In this document: positions 1 to 12,213 of the stretch, piece by piece
Layout of the letters: every line of letters begins with the position of its first letter
Numbering within the stretch: the first letter of the stretch is position 1
Notes under the pieces: generated by a model
Seen by the model: the letters and a program-made list of their open reading frames with translations, nothing else
Databases searched by the model: none
What the model was told of the DNA's origin: nothing
DNA from: Chrysomallon squamiferum
Lineage: Eukaryota; Animalia; Mollusca
Length of the DNA stretch: 64,000 bases
NCBI GenBank assembly: GCA_012295275.1
Contig: CM022669.1
Coordinates: 16,430,001 to 16,494,000 of the forward strand
Direction of reading: 5' to 3'
Translations under genes and position numbers: made by a program

Positions 1-450
1 AAGTAAGGTAAAGATAAAGTAAAAGGTAAAAAAAAGTAAAAGTAAAGGTAAATCAAAGTAAAGTAAAGTAAAGATAAAAGTAAAAAATAAAGTAAAGTAA
101 AAGTAAAAATAAAAGTAAAAGTAAAAAATAAAGGTAAAGTAAGGTAAAAGTAAAATAAAATAAAAAAAAAGTAAAAGTGAAAAAAAATAAAATAAAGTAA
201 AAAGTTAAAAGTTAAAGTTAAAGTAAAAAAAGTAAAATAAAATAAAATAAAAATAAAAAAAAGTAAAAGTAAAGTAAAAGTAAAATAAAATTAAAATAAA
301 AAGTAAAAGTAAAGTAAAATAAAATAAAAATAAAAAGTAAAAGTAAAAGTAAAGTAAAATAAAGTAAAAGTAAAGTAAAGTAAAATAAAGTAAAGTAAAG
401 TAAAGTAAAGAAAAGTAAAAAAAGCAAAGTAAAGTGAAGAAAAGTAAAGA
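1..450 (+). repeat. Degenerate (AAAGT/AAAAGT)n simple repeat
   Basis: Continuous aaagt/aaaagt/aaaat units. The F/L/Y-rich ORFs at 205-490 are translations of this repeat. Confidence 0.9.
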
Positions 451-1330
451 ACTTACAATGTTTTGTATTATATTCACAACAGTGAGACACTATTATATTG
501 TATTAAAACGCAATATAACATTGGTATGTTGTATAAACACACATGATGACATTACTAACGCTGTATCAAAACTCTGTTATTTGTAACAAATAAAACCATG
601 AATTCCCCGAAACCTCCATTAAATTACAAATTCCGGACCTCGTAATCATTTGATCTTTCTCGATAATTGTTTGTTTATTAGGATATGTCTGCTTACGTAC
701 AGACAGCTGAACCAAAAATGGCAGAAAACCGCCGTCGAAAATAGCTCCTTAACCTTTTTCCGAGACGGTGATTTCATTATTTATTTAAAATCAATTAACT
801 GAAACATTTTCATCCGCATGGTTCGGATGTAGAGGAATTTATACTGACCAAGCATTAAAGGCACAGTGATTAGCTTTCTGTCATCAGCTGTCAAGATGTT
901 TGGTGTTTCAGATACGAAATTTTCAAAAAAAAAAAAAAAAAAAAAAAAAAAATTATCGTCAGATCTTTTGTAAAAATTTCGTGCAGTAAGGAAGGTTCAT
1001 ATTTTTTAACATTTTTTAAAATTATTATTATTATTATTTTTTTTTTTTGTCATCCTTTAACACTACAAATGAAGAGGTAACTGCTCACAAACAGCTTACA
1101 ACGAAGTAATTATCCTCTGAGCCTAGTGTGTTATTAAAATCAATTAGTTAAGACCCGGTCATCTTAAAACTTTGCTTGCGATTTTGCTGTTAGCTAATTC
1201 TATACCGTATTTCAAAATCCTAACGAGCTGGAAATTTAAAAAAAAAAATTAAAAAAAAAAAAATAAAAATAATAATAAATAAATAAATAAATAAAATACC
1301 GTTAAATATACTTTATATATATTTATTTAG

Positions 1331-1381
<51 letters not shown>

Positions 1382-2076
1382 TTATATTGTTGTGGTTGTT
1401 GTTGTTTTTACTTCTATCGATGTGTCAATAAGCACTAATCAAAACATATACAAGGTTAAAAGAATTTAATGCCAGTTTTTTTTTTTTTTTTTTTTTTTTA
1501 TCATTATAATCACTAATTGATAATGGGTATCAGATATTTCTGTTTTCCTCGCCGTCCTTACCTGATACTTCAAGCATAAGAATAAACATCAATCATCGTG
1601 TAAAAATGACTATGCTAGTACAAGAGAAATAAGTGCGATGTTTTTCTTAAGAAAACAGGTGAAAGAAAGCAGTCTGAAGCATCTGCTGTGTACAGATGTT
1701 TTCTTTAATTACGAGTGTAAGTTTATATGTAGCTGTGTCATGCTGTGTATGTGTATTGTATATGCATGCATATGTGTATGTATGTATGTATGTATGAATG
1801 TATGTATGTTAGTATATATATATATATATATATATATTTATGTATGTCTGTATGAATGTATGTATCTGTAAACACATAAGTGTATTAATGTTGTTATATT
1901 ATGTACGTATGAATGAATGTATATATATATAGATATGTGTGTGTTTGCGTGCGCGCATTCATGTATATATTACATATATCTATTTATGTTTGTATGTATG
2001 TAAAAATGTGTGTGTATGTGTGCGTGTGTGGGAGTGTGAGTGTATCCTGAATGTTCAGCTGCCGATTAAACTTTGG

Positions 2077-2130
<54 letters not shown>

Positions 2131-2146
2131 ATTATTATTATTATTT

Positions 2147-2181
<35 letters not shown>

Positions 2182-2248
2182 TTTTTTGTTCCATAGATTT
2201 CTTTCAGATTCACAACACGCAGCATATCTGGCTTCTCTTTACATTTTT

Positions 2249-2254
2249 TTTATT
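2249..2254 (-). terminator. Candidate polyadenylation signal of the GPCR gene
   Basis: Minus-strand AATAAA about 850 nt after the GPCR stop, followed roughly 25-35 nt later by a GT-rich element (gcgtgttgtg). Other AATAAA hexamers occur in the nearby AT repeats, so this is not unique. Confidence 0.35.
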
Positions 2255-3102
2255 GACATTTAGCAACGAAAGTTTTTAAGAAAGAACAAAAGACAATGTA
2301 AGGTTAATTAAATCCATAGGAGCAAATCTTATCCTATATCGAAATATGATTCTCGCCTTTGGTCATGAAAGAAGTGATGTTTATAAAATCTTTTGGATAA
2401 TTTCCATTCGTTTGCTCATATAGTGAGTGGTTCGTCATAACAAAAGCATGTTAATTAAGTCCATGGTGATATTTTCTTTTAAATCTCCACATGCAATTAT
2501 TCGTGTATAATGACAGAATTCTACAGCATTACTAGACATATACTGTTACTGGAATCTCAGAGATCACCCTTTAGATAATACTGGAATTGAAAATATGAAA
2601 TCACTATATTTATAACACTGTAAAGGACATAACACTTTTGAAGATAATATTAAAAAAAAAAAAAAAAAAAAAAACGCTTTTCAGTTCTTTGCAGATACTA
2701 AAATAATAAACACTCTAATATAATATTGAAATAAAAATCAGAAATCACAATATTTGATGCATATGTGATCACTGTTTATAGGCCCAATGTCTAAGATTGT
2801 CTAAGATCACAGTATTAATGTTGTAGAATCACTGTAAATAGTATTGTGTTTATACACTGTTGATAGGCCTAAGGCTGCAACAGAAATCTGAGCCAGTAAT
2901 ATTGTAATAGAAATCTGAGATCACAACAGGAAATACTGTAACTGAAATTCATAAGATACGGGTAATATATATATATATATAGATAGATAGATAGATAGAT
3001 AGATATAGTTATATCACATATTTCTTTCTTTTTTTTCTATACACTTTCAGATTGCTGGGTTTTAGTCTTTGCAACAATGAAGTCAAAAGCTGTCTTTAGT
3101 CG

Positions 3103-4106
3103 TCATAAGAGCATTATTTCTTCTCTGGTTTTTGTGCTGTTAATATTAGTAGATTTCTCCTTGAAAAATATGCGTCTCAGCTGTACCCTGAAATTGCTTC
3201 CAGAAAGAATGTAAATATAGAAGTTCACCGCGTAATTTATTTGAGAAATGGCCACAAAGATGTCTTTCCACGGTGCAATGGCAATCAAAAAATGTCTGGC
3301 CACGTCTCGGCTGTAACAGTGGACTACGATAATGGTCGTAAAAGACAAAACAACGAGAGGCAAAAGGGTCAGAATGTAAGTGAAGCAAATCGTCAGGAGC
3401 ATCATGGTTGTTTTGTGTCTCCGCTGAGAACACCTCGAGAATCTGGACGAGTCCGTGTTGCCCGCCGCCCTACTGATGCTTTTGATCTTACAGACGACGA
3501 GGACGTTGCAGACGAAGACGGACACAAGCGGCAGAACGAAGCAAAGAGTGAACTGGTAGAAGTAGACGTGCAGAGACGTGTAGTACACCGCCAGTCGCGG
3601 CGAGCTCATGCACTGGTCGTCCACCTTCTTCACCATGATGATACGAAAAACCTGGGTGTACGACATCAGAGCAAACATCGACAGAATCACGGCCACGGCT
3701 CCTTTCTGGGTGACGAGTGAGTTTCTCCTGAAAGGAAAGAACACGACGAGGAGTCTTTCTCCTGCCATGCTGACGATTAGCCAGGAGGACATCAGGTAAC
3801 AGACCGACTCGGAGAAAGCGTAGATTTTGCAACTGATGTCGGTGAAAACGGTCCACACGCCCGGTTTTCTGAGATACAGCAGAAGCTCGTCGACCAGTCG
3901 AACTTCGTGACCAATCAGAGTCAAGGAATCAAACACAGCGAGTGCACAGAGGTAGTGACTGTATGATTTAGTTCTCAAGTATTTCGACTTCATCACTATG
4001 AAGGACAAACAGTTTCCGACAAGCCCAACCAGAGCGATAATAGACACTGTGACTTCTTTAAAAATCCAGCCCCAGTCTGGTAAAACATGGCTTGACATTT
4101 GGTATC
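3103..4106 (-). CDS. Class A (rhodopsin-like) orphan GPCR, FMRFamide-receptor-like/GPR139-like group; last coding exon (all 7 TMs)
   Basis: Seven hydrophobic segments with family motifs: TM1 GLVGN, TM2 YLCALAVFD, TM3 C...SSWLIVSMAGERL, ECL2 Cys (DDQC), TM5 FVLP..N, TM6 TTMMLL..LLP, TM7 NYAVNFYIY + helix 8 SGSNFR. Acceptor tttttacag|GA at 4107/4106 (phase 1). Stop TGA at 3105-3103. GC-rich against an AT-rich background. Confidence 0.93.
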
Positions 4107-4638
4107 CTGTAAAAATATGAAGAAAATAAAACAACCTAATAAGATTTCAGGAATACACAATACCGGGATTTTAATTATATAGAGAATTATACGAAGTATG
4201 TAGAGAACTTATTGACGTATTATAAACAGAGACCCTTCGACACCTCCACTAGATTTGCACCTCTTTTTAAAATACATTTTGATATAAATTAATTACAAAC
4301 TTTTTAAAAAACAGACAGAGAAGGGACTAGATAACAATATTTCTCATTTTCTAAATAGAATTTTTTTTTTTTGAAATTCCATTCTTGTTATTTTCAATAA
4401 TTGTTGTTATTGGAGGCACGTTCTTTCTGCCGTACCTTTTCTGTTGCCTCGGGTCAATAATGCTATGCTTTGATTAACGACAGAATGAAAGATGAAACAC
4501 GAAAGGACAGGTAATAACTATACATATTTCTATCACAGGTTTTTCTTTTCCTCAGAATTAACCACAGAACAACAAAAAGAGAGGTAAATACTATGCATAT
4601 TTCCATCATACGTTTACCTTTCGCTATGTTTGACTTAC

Positions 4639-4672
4639 CCGATCCATTCAAATAAAAGGAACTATTCTCCAT
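4639..4672 (-). CDS. GPCR first coding exon (MENSSFYLNGS-G)
   Basis: Acceptor tatttcag| at 4681/4680, ATG at 4672, donor G|gtaagt at 4639/4638. Phase 1 matches the downstream acceptor (G+GA = Gly) across a 532-bp intron. Adds two N-glycosylation sequons (NSS, NGS), typical of GPCR N-termini. Full protein 345 aa. Confidence 0.85.
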
Positions 4673-5323
4673 TGTAAAATCTGAAATATAAAATAATAAA
4701 TATTAAGTTATTAATTAGAAAGTAGATGGTTCAATGTCTCTCATTATTATATTTATATTAGTGTAGGTATGTGTGTGAGTGTGTGTATGTGTGTGTGTGC
4801 GTGTGTCTGTGTGCGTGTCTCTATGGGTGTATGCTGTAATTATATATCACGAAAGTATTGTTAGATACGTAACAGTATTTACAACAGCAAACATGGAAAG
4901 CGTGTTTAATATGTATTAAATACGGGGTTAACAATCTACCTGGAAGAAGAAATAAATAACGAAAAGAATAAGAAAAGTAGAATAAAGAAAAGTAATAAAG
5001 AAACTGTAAGATTTAGGTTTATGAAAATCAGGGTGGCTAAAAATTTAAATACATAGTAAGACCATTGTTCGACTTAATGATATTGTCAAGAGCAATGTTT
5101 GGTACATTGAAAACATAATCTCAAACATAGTCTGTAATCTCGGACACTGACACTGCACCGGTCGACAGTGTTCATCTACCTCATCTTTTTAATTAATTAC
5201 GCGAATAAAGGTTTCGGGTGAACAACCTTGTCATTAGCAACTGATTAAACACCCTGTTATTATTGAAAGCAGTTATTAATCTGAATTTGTTAGGAAGTGA
5301 TGAAACGGCAGGCTGAGAGGCAT

Positions 5324-5419
<96 letters not shown>

Positions 5420-5519
5420 CGAAAGCGAGCGCAATAACCATTAAGTATACGTGTTCTTTTGTCCTATCCGATTAACGTAGTATGTGACTAGCCTGAATAA
5501 AGTACAACTCAAAAGGTCT

Positions 5520-5835
5520 TGATAACCTCATCTCTGAATCAATCACTAGACTTGTCATCGTGATGTTCATATCTTTATATTTAACGTATTAATTTTAATG
5601 ATCGAATCTCTACATGGAATATTCGTCTTATTATCTGCACGGTCTAATCCCTATGCGAGCACTATCGTTGTGATCATCTCATCTCTAATCGAACTTTTAG
5701 TCTTATCATCTGGATGATCTGATCGGCCTCTGCACGACCGTCATCATCTGGAAGACTCAGTCCTTGTATCGAACACTACTAGGCTTATCATCTGGACGAT
5801 TTCATCTTTCTCCACAAAATGTCGTCTTATTTCAT
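5520..5835 (+). repeat. Highly degenerate ~40-45-bp minisatellite
   Basis: Recurrent core (g)tcttatcatctgga..at.tcatc (e.g. ~5625, ~5700, ~5740, ~5783, ~5825). Confidence 0.55.
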
Positions 5836-5844
5836 GATTAAAAT

Positions 5845-5994
5845 GTTCGGTAACTGTATTCATCACTGGTTCGGTAACTGTATTCATCACTGGTTCAGAT
5901 GGCTAACTGTATTCATCACTGGTTCAGATGGCTAACTGTATTCATCAATGGTTCAGATGGCTAACTGTATTCATCACTGGTTCAGATGGCTAAC
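5845..5994 (+). repeat. Young tandem repeat, 24-bp and 29-bp units
   Basis: gttcggtaactgtattcatcactg x2, then gttcagatggctaactgtattcatcactg x3 (one substitution) plus a partial unit; no spacers. Confidence 0.92.
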
Positions 5995-6423
5995 CGGTGT
6001 TACATTTCTTCAGACGTGCCCATGACAAAAGGTGAAAATTTCACCGCTGTGGAAACGACGAGTCTCCAGGATTTAATCACGCAGGTGACGTGTCGACGTG
6101 ATCAACGTAACCAGTAAACGATCTGCTGTGAGCGCAGTGTTCTGCAACAGCGGTCTTCGAAAACAACACTTACATTGCAAATCATAATAATAACAACACG
6201 AGTAACAACGAACGACGACAAAAACAGTAACAACAACAACAACAACAACAACAATAACAACAAAAAAATAATAATAATAATAATAATCATAATAATAATA
6301 ATAGTAATAATGGATGATGACGGTGATGATCATGATGATAATGATGACGAATGTATTATGAATGTTTGTATGTTTGCGTGCTTGTGTGTGTGTGTGTGTG
6401 TTGTACCTATGTATGTCTGTATA

Positions 6424-6476
<53 letters not shown>

Positions 6477-6689
6477 ACGTGACTTGATTTGTTTAGGACA
6501 TACTAAGTCTACATATAATCAAACATTTTATTTATGGAAACGAACCTTATGCTTGACTGTTTACTGGGAATATAAATAACATTCAGAATAATAATATAAA
6601 AAAAAAAGAAGAAAAAAAAGGATATGTTAATAGTAATACACTGAATGTTGATATTAATGTATCATTTTCGTTTCCGTCATAATACCATT

Positions 6690-7045
6690 AGAAAATACAT
6701 TCGTTATTGGCACTGGCATATCACTTACGAATCGTTTACAACCCTCTCTAGTAAATATACTGGCTATTAATACTAACATACTATTTATGTTTCGTCCATT
6801 TACAATCTTAGTAACTACTGATATTAAAATAACGCAGATATGGCATATCACTTACATATCTTTCACATACTAGTCAATTCACTGCTATTGATACTGACGT
6901 ATCCCTTACGTATCAGGTACATATCAGAAGTTAGTAAATTCATTTTCTATTTGATATTGGCGTATCGCGTACGTATCGTTCACGTTCAACACTAGTAAAT
7001 TCATTGAGTACTGATACTGGCGTATTACTTACGTATCGTTTGCAC
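6690..7045 (+). repeat. Degenerate ~58-60-bp minisatellite (~6 units)
   Basis: Consensus approximately tagtaaattcattgctattgatactggcgtatcacttacgtatcgttcaca, visible at ~6690, 6749, 6870, 6933, 6994. Confidence 0.75.
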
Positions 7046-8148
7046 AAGATACGAATTACGTGAGCCCTTTTTGGCAGTGCTTTCCTTATTTAAAAGTAAA
7101 TGACGACAGACGATTTTAATTACTTCTGGATTTTGTTTTTCTTTCCTGGCGTAATTATTTTCTTGTCTGCCTCTAAAGATCAAAGGACTGTTGCTTTTAT
7201 TGTCTCCGGACCAGACTTGGTAGCTATTAAAAACCACACTGATTTAAAATCGGTTAGCTCCAAAGTGAAATTATGCTATTAACGGAGAAGACAAGACAGT
7301 GACTTTATTTAGGTTTTGGAAGACATTTTGGATAGATAATCTGCATGCTGAAATCTAAAGTAAAAATAATACATTTGTAAAATTTATTTTACTGTTTTCC
7401 TTTATCTACTGTTAATAATGAGTTGTCATCACTGAATGGTGATTCAAATGTTAATCGTTTTACAAGCTTCTAAATGGATTTTGTGATTTGTATATGACTG
7501 TTTAACATTGGGTATGCTTTATCTTTATAAGACTTCCACATTTTCGCCTCACTGATTCCGTTATAAATTTGAGATAATCTAAATCAGATTTTGTATACAG
7601 ATGAAGTTTAAAAATTGTTTAAATGATGTGTTTTTAATGATTGTAATGTTTAATTATTATTCACATACTTATCTGTGTGCATATAAAATGACTCTGACAA
7701 ACAGTGCGAAAACGATAGACAGAGAGACAAAGAGACAGAGAGAAAACAGCACGACACTTAGCTAATATTCCATAAACGGTGTTTTCAAATAGTTACTGAA
7801 TGAAAGCAACGCATTAAGTTATCAAATTTTCTATTGTTTGTCATCGTCCACAATGTTTTCATGTTGCTACACTTCTAAATAAAATGTAGAGTTAACAGTG
7901 CGTGGAAAGGAACTGTTAAAATCTGTATTAAATGAGTCATGAGATATTTGCATTGCTAATTAAGATTAATGTGCCATTACAAAACATTAATATTTCAGGT
8001 GTAGTTACAAACGAGATATTTCTGTGAATTCCAGTTTTCTATTTGCTAAAACACTGAAACATAAAACATCATATATATATTTGTAATTACACGTGAAATA
8101 TTAATGTTATCATAGTATATTTATCGTAATCAGCAGTAAATATATCTC

Positions 8149-8257
<109 letters not shown>

Positions 8258-9500
8258 GACCAACTAAAACCACGTCTGTTATTACTAAATATCAATAATG
8301 CACGACAACACCATTATTTTGCATTAAAATCATGTTTATGTTTTAATGTACACTTCTGACAATGAACTTTGCTTTTATTCTCTTATCTTTTCGTGTTTAA
8401 TGATGGCTATCGTTAAATAACTGTAAAAAAAAATAAAATAAATAAAATAAAACATGATCGAACATATTTCAGAGAACGAAAATAAATTAAACACTGAAAC
8501 GATTCGACAACGGTGATGAATGACGATGTCGATGACGCCAATGATGATGATGATAATACTGCTGCTGATTATGATGATGATGATGATGACGTTAAAGATA
8601 TCTTTAGTACGAAAACTGAAATGTCGATCTGTATCAGGATTATTCTATAAGTAGGTCCTTATATATTCTGTCAATTAAATTCAGTACTGATAGCATTAAA
8701 GAATTGATCGTAGTCATCAAATTTATTAAATTAGAAAACAGATAAAACAAGTTCTGATACTGAAAATCTAAGATAGGAAAAAAAAAAAAAAAAAAGATTG
8801 AACATCCTGAAATTACCCCGACTTCTAAATTTTGTACCAGACATAATTTTAAAGACATGCTGTCCCCTAAACACATATCTGCATGTATATGGTTGTCACT
8901 GGTTAAAACTTTCCACTCCGGGAACATGATATTGAGTTAGGAACGTAACTTGAAGATTGCCTGTAAAAGTTTGTCGACTATTATATTACGTTAGACGGAC
9001 TGACTTCAGAACTCAATTCGTCTTATATTCGATCTGTGGTTTCTTAATGACCTTGTCTTCGCATTACGTGAGATGTTTTTGAGTACACAAAGAATAACCA
9101 AAGTATGCGTATGGTAATACATCATGTCACTTGCTACAGTATTGTATGTTTATGATAATGTATCCCATTAGTTGCTGCTTTTTGTTTCAGGTATAATAGA
9201 CTTGCCATATATTCTTTTTTTTTGTTCTCTTCTTTATCAAAGCGATAGCAACCTTTCTGCCTTCACTTCACACTGGTAATAAATTTCTCAAAGATGACAA
9301 GTACACAAAACTATGATAGATTACCAACAGCATAAAAGGGTGGAAAAAAAGTGGTTTGTGACAGTTATTAAAAAGAAACTGAGATATTAGTGAACAGCCT
9401 TTCATCATGGACTAGACGATGTTCTATACCTATATGAATTCTAATAAAAAGAGAAATGGGATAACGTTATAACGTCATTTTAATTAACTGTGAATAATAG

Positions 9501-9634
<134 letters not shown>

Positions 9635-9635
9635 T

Positions 9636-9829
9636 CAAACTCACCCAGACGCTGTTTACGTTTATATATGTTTTGAAAACAGCTAGAGTTTCTAAAAATG
9701 CACCAGAAATTCAGAAAATCATAATAAAACAGAATGATATATATATATATTCCATAAATGGGAATTTCATAGTGAAAAATTTTGGAGAAAAAGTTAATGT
9801 ATGTACCATACAGAAGCCCCAGATTTATT
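9636..9829. repeat. Unclassified ~200-bp dispersed repeat, copy A
   Basis: Colinear with 51831-52043. Shares exact acagctagagtttctaaaaat plus ttccataaatgg, ttttggagaaaa.gttaatgtat and ccataca.aagccc blocks. Preceded by (CT)n(TA)n. Confidence 0.85.
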
Positions 9830-10956
9830 GTTTTATATAAAGTCGATTTATGTAACTATAAACTCAAAATGTTATCTTCCGAAAATAGGTTCTGTCGATA
9901 ATTCAGCGGAAACGAAGACGAGAGTGAACAGACTGAAAAGGTACTCAAGCAGGAACTTGCTGTTCCGGAAATGACCTCTGCCTACGCAATTGCCATTTGT
10001 ACTGAAAGCCTTTACATCACCAGGAAAACGGGAACAAGGGTTACACGTTACGTACGAGTATCCTAGGAAACCAGTTCTGCGACCTCTTGTCTTCGGTAAT
10101 TTCCGCCACGCTGTTAAAACGATATCAGTCTAAGGTTTAATATCAAAGTTCAAATTGTTTAAGTGCAAAACTTTTTATATGGGGTTAAAGCAAACTATTA
10201 TTATTGTTATTGTTATGCCCAGCATCTGTCTCGCCTTTCTCTCATAAGGGGCTTCGCTAAATGTGAAATTCCAACAATATAAAAATTCATACTGGTCTAT
10301 TATCATTATGACTGTTGCCGGAAATATTTTTTCTACAGCCCTTGACAATGCTTAGGTGTTTTCTTAGATTTCATTTTTGTATTTAGGTGTTTGTTTTTCT
10401 CTGTGTTTACATATGCATACATATATGCGCGTGTATGCGTGTGTGTATTGTGTAAATATATAAATGCATCAGTTTTCACAGCTGCCTGTGTATGAAAGCC
10501 ATCGATCTAAAACTCTGAAGTCCTCAAATTGTCTATCCATCCAGCCATCTATCCTTCTGTTATCCATCGATCCATCAGTCTCTCTCTCTTTATATATATA
10601 TATATATATATACACAAACACACCCACACATACATACACATTTACATATACTCATACATACATACATAGATACATAGACACATACATACATACATACATA
10701 CATACATACATACATACATACATACATACATACATACATACATACATACATACGTACATACATACATACATATATACAAACATATGCATCAACGCTGGTA
10801 AAATCACTATTAAGTTTTAAAGAAAACCGAATTATATCTGAAGATGAACAAGCTGATTGGCACTTGCACAACTGTTTTATTTTAGCAATTATTTTATTTA
10901 TCAATCAGCAAATCTGTACCCACTGAACCTTGAGCAACTACTAGTGACGAAGACAA

Positions 10957-11055
10957 ACTTTCTGTAGACAGGAAAGCACGTAGTATGGCCTTTCCTATAT
11001 TAGTTGTGATACCCTGTCTGGAACGGGAACAAGGCTACGAAATATCAAGGATCGT
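10957..11055 (-). mobile_element. Old SINE-like fragment (conserved central domain)
   Basis: actttctgtagacaggaaagcacgtagtatggccttt...agttgtg...ctggaacgggaa resembles, from memory, the reverse complement of a tRNA-SINE core common in molluscs and cnidarians. Weakly alignable to 63175-63385. Confidence 0.5.
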
Positions 11056-11534
11056 GTGAAATAGATAAATATATTAAATATGATGCGTTAATATCTTTAA
11101 CACATTCCTCGATATTACGTTAGGCTCTATATAACTGTTATTTCATATCCATTAATAATTTATTAACGTTAAACAAAAACGAAAAGATGAAAGAAAAAAG
11201 TGAATCATTGACTGAATTAGAATAAAAACCTCAAAGATTATGGAAAAAAAAAAAAAAAAAAAAAAAAAAAGAAGTGAAAAAAAGAAAAACAGAAAGAAAA
11301 AGGAACGAACAAAAAGATATCAACAAATAATTTTGAAATGAGGTTAAAAAATTTTTTAAGAGTTTTTTGTATTGACTAAAGCAATTTGTCTATATGAAGT
11401 TTTATACTATACTTTCCTATACCATTCTATACTGTACTATACTATACTATACTATTACTATACTATTACTATACTATTACTATACTATATTATACTGTAT
11501 TGTTCTATTCTATACTACACTACATATTATACTA

Positions 11535-12213
11535 CAGTGGTACCTCGAGCTACGAGTCGATTTTTTGCTTTCAGTTGCGAGCTAATAATCCGAGTTACGA
11601 GCTAGCTTCAGATACGCCGCCGCTAGTTGGTGCAACGAACAACACAACATCCGCCACAGCATCCCACGTCTCACTCGTTTGCATCACGTGGTTACCTCGC
11701 CGTGGAAGCACCTCTATTGTGTTGTGCTCGCGTTTTGTGCAGTTTTTGCCAAATTTCCATGGATCCTAAGAAAGTGAGTGGAAAGGACAGTGCTGAGAAC
11801 AAGAAGATGACGATGTCCATTGAATTAAAGCACATAAACATGAGCAGGGTGAGCGTGTAGTCAAGATGGCTAGGCTACGTTTATGATATGTACCATACTG
11901 AAGCAGAAGCAGTCGATAAAGGTTATAACTCCAGCCAAAGGCGTTAAAATAATTTCTAAGCTCTGTCTATGAAAAGATGGAGAAACCCTAATCCTGTACA
12001 CTTTACAAAACCAATTTATTTCTTGACATTCTCTTTTACTTTGTTTTATACAATATTTGTCATTTATATATATACTTTTTTTGGGGGGGGGGCTAGAACG
12101 GATAAATGGTATTTCAATTGATTTCATTAGAGAAAACTGATTTGATATACGAGCAAATTGAGTTACAAACTCGGTCACGGAACGAATTAAACTCGTAAAT
12201 CAAGGTACCACTG
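11535..12213 (+). mobile_element. Internally deleted Tigger/pogo (Tc1-mariner superfamily) DNA transposon, 679 bp
   Basis: 23-bp TIRs: cagtggtacctcgagctacgagt on the left; the right end's reverse complement reads cagtggtaccttgatttacgagt (3 mismatches). TA target duplication at 11533-34 and 12214-15. Contains a frameshifted transposase N-terminus. Confidence 0.92.
11759..11963 (+). pseudogene. Frameshifted TIGD1/Tigger-like transposase N-terminus (CENP-B/psq-type HTH)
   Basis: Reads across frameshifts as MDPKKVSGKDSAENKKMTMSIELKH / KHEQGERVVKMAR / MICTILKQKQSIKVITPAKGVKIISKL. The catalytic DDD domain is deleted. Confidence 0.85.

Noticed and set aside
865-895. Hammerhead ribozyme core on the minus strand (ctgatgacagaaa); similar ctgatga hits at ~18626 and ~22195
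   Set aside because: No stem II with the G-C closing pair and no matching stems I/III.
600-1062. Kolobok/TTAA-type MITE (ttaaagg... at ~854 and ...cctttaa at ~1054-1060)
   Set aside because: The two ends match only over ttaaagg; no extended terminal inverted repeat could be found.
3146-3856. Overlapping ORFs 3146-3433, 3241-3720, 3488-3856 and 3608-3799
   Set aside because: Alternative-frame or antisense shadows of the GC-rich GPCR exon with no recognisable motifs.
4107-4134. ORF-track start of the GPCR (MFYFLHIFT)
   Set aside because: It starts at a TTG and translates the polypyrimidine tract and acceptor of the intron. The real ATG is at 4672.
5845-5994. CRISPR-like appearance of the 29-bp repeats (also 40672-40966)
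   Set aside because: Head-to-tail units with no unique spacers, no cas genes, and a eukaryotic context.
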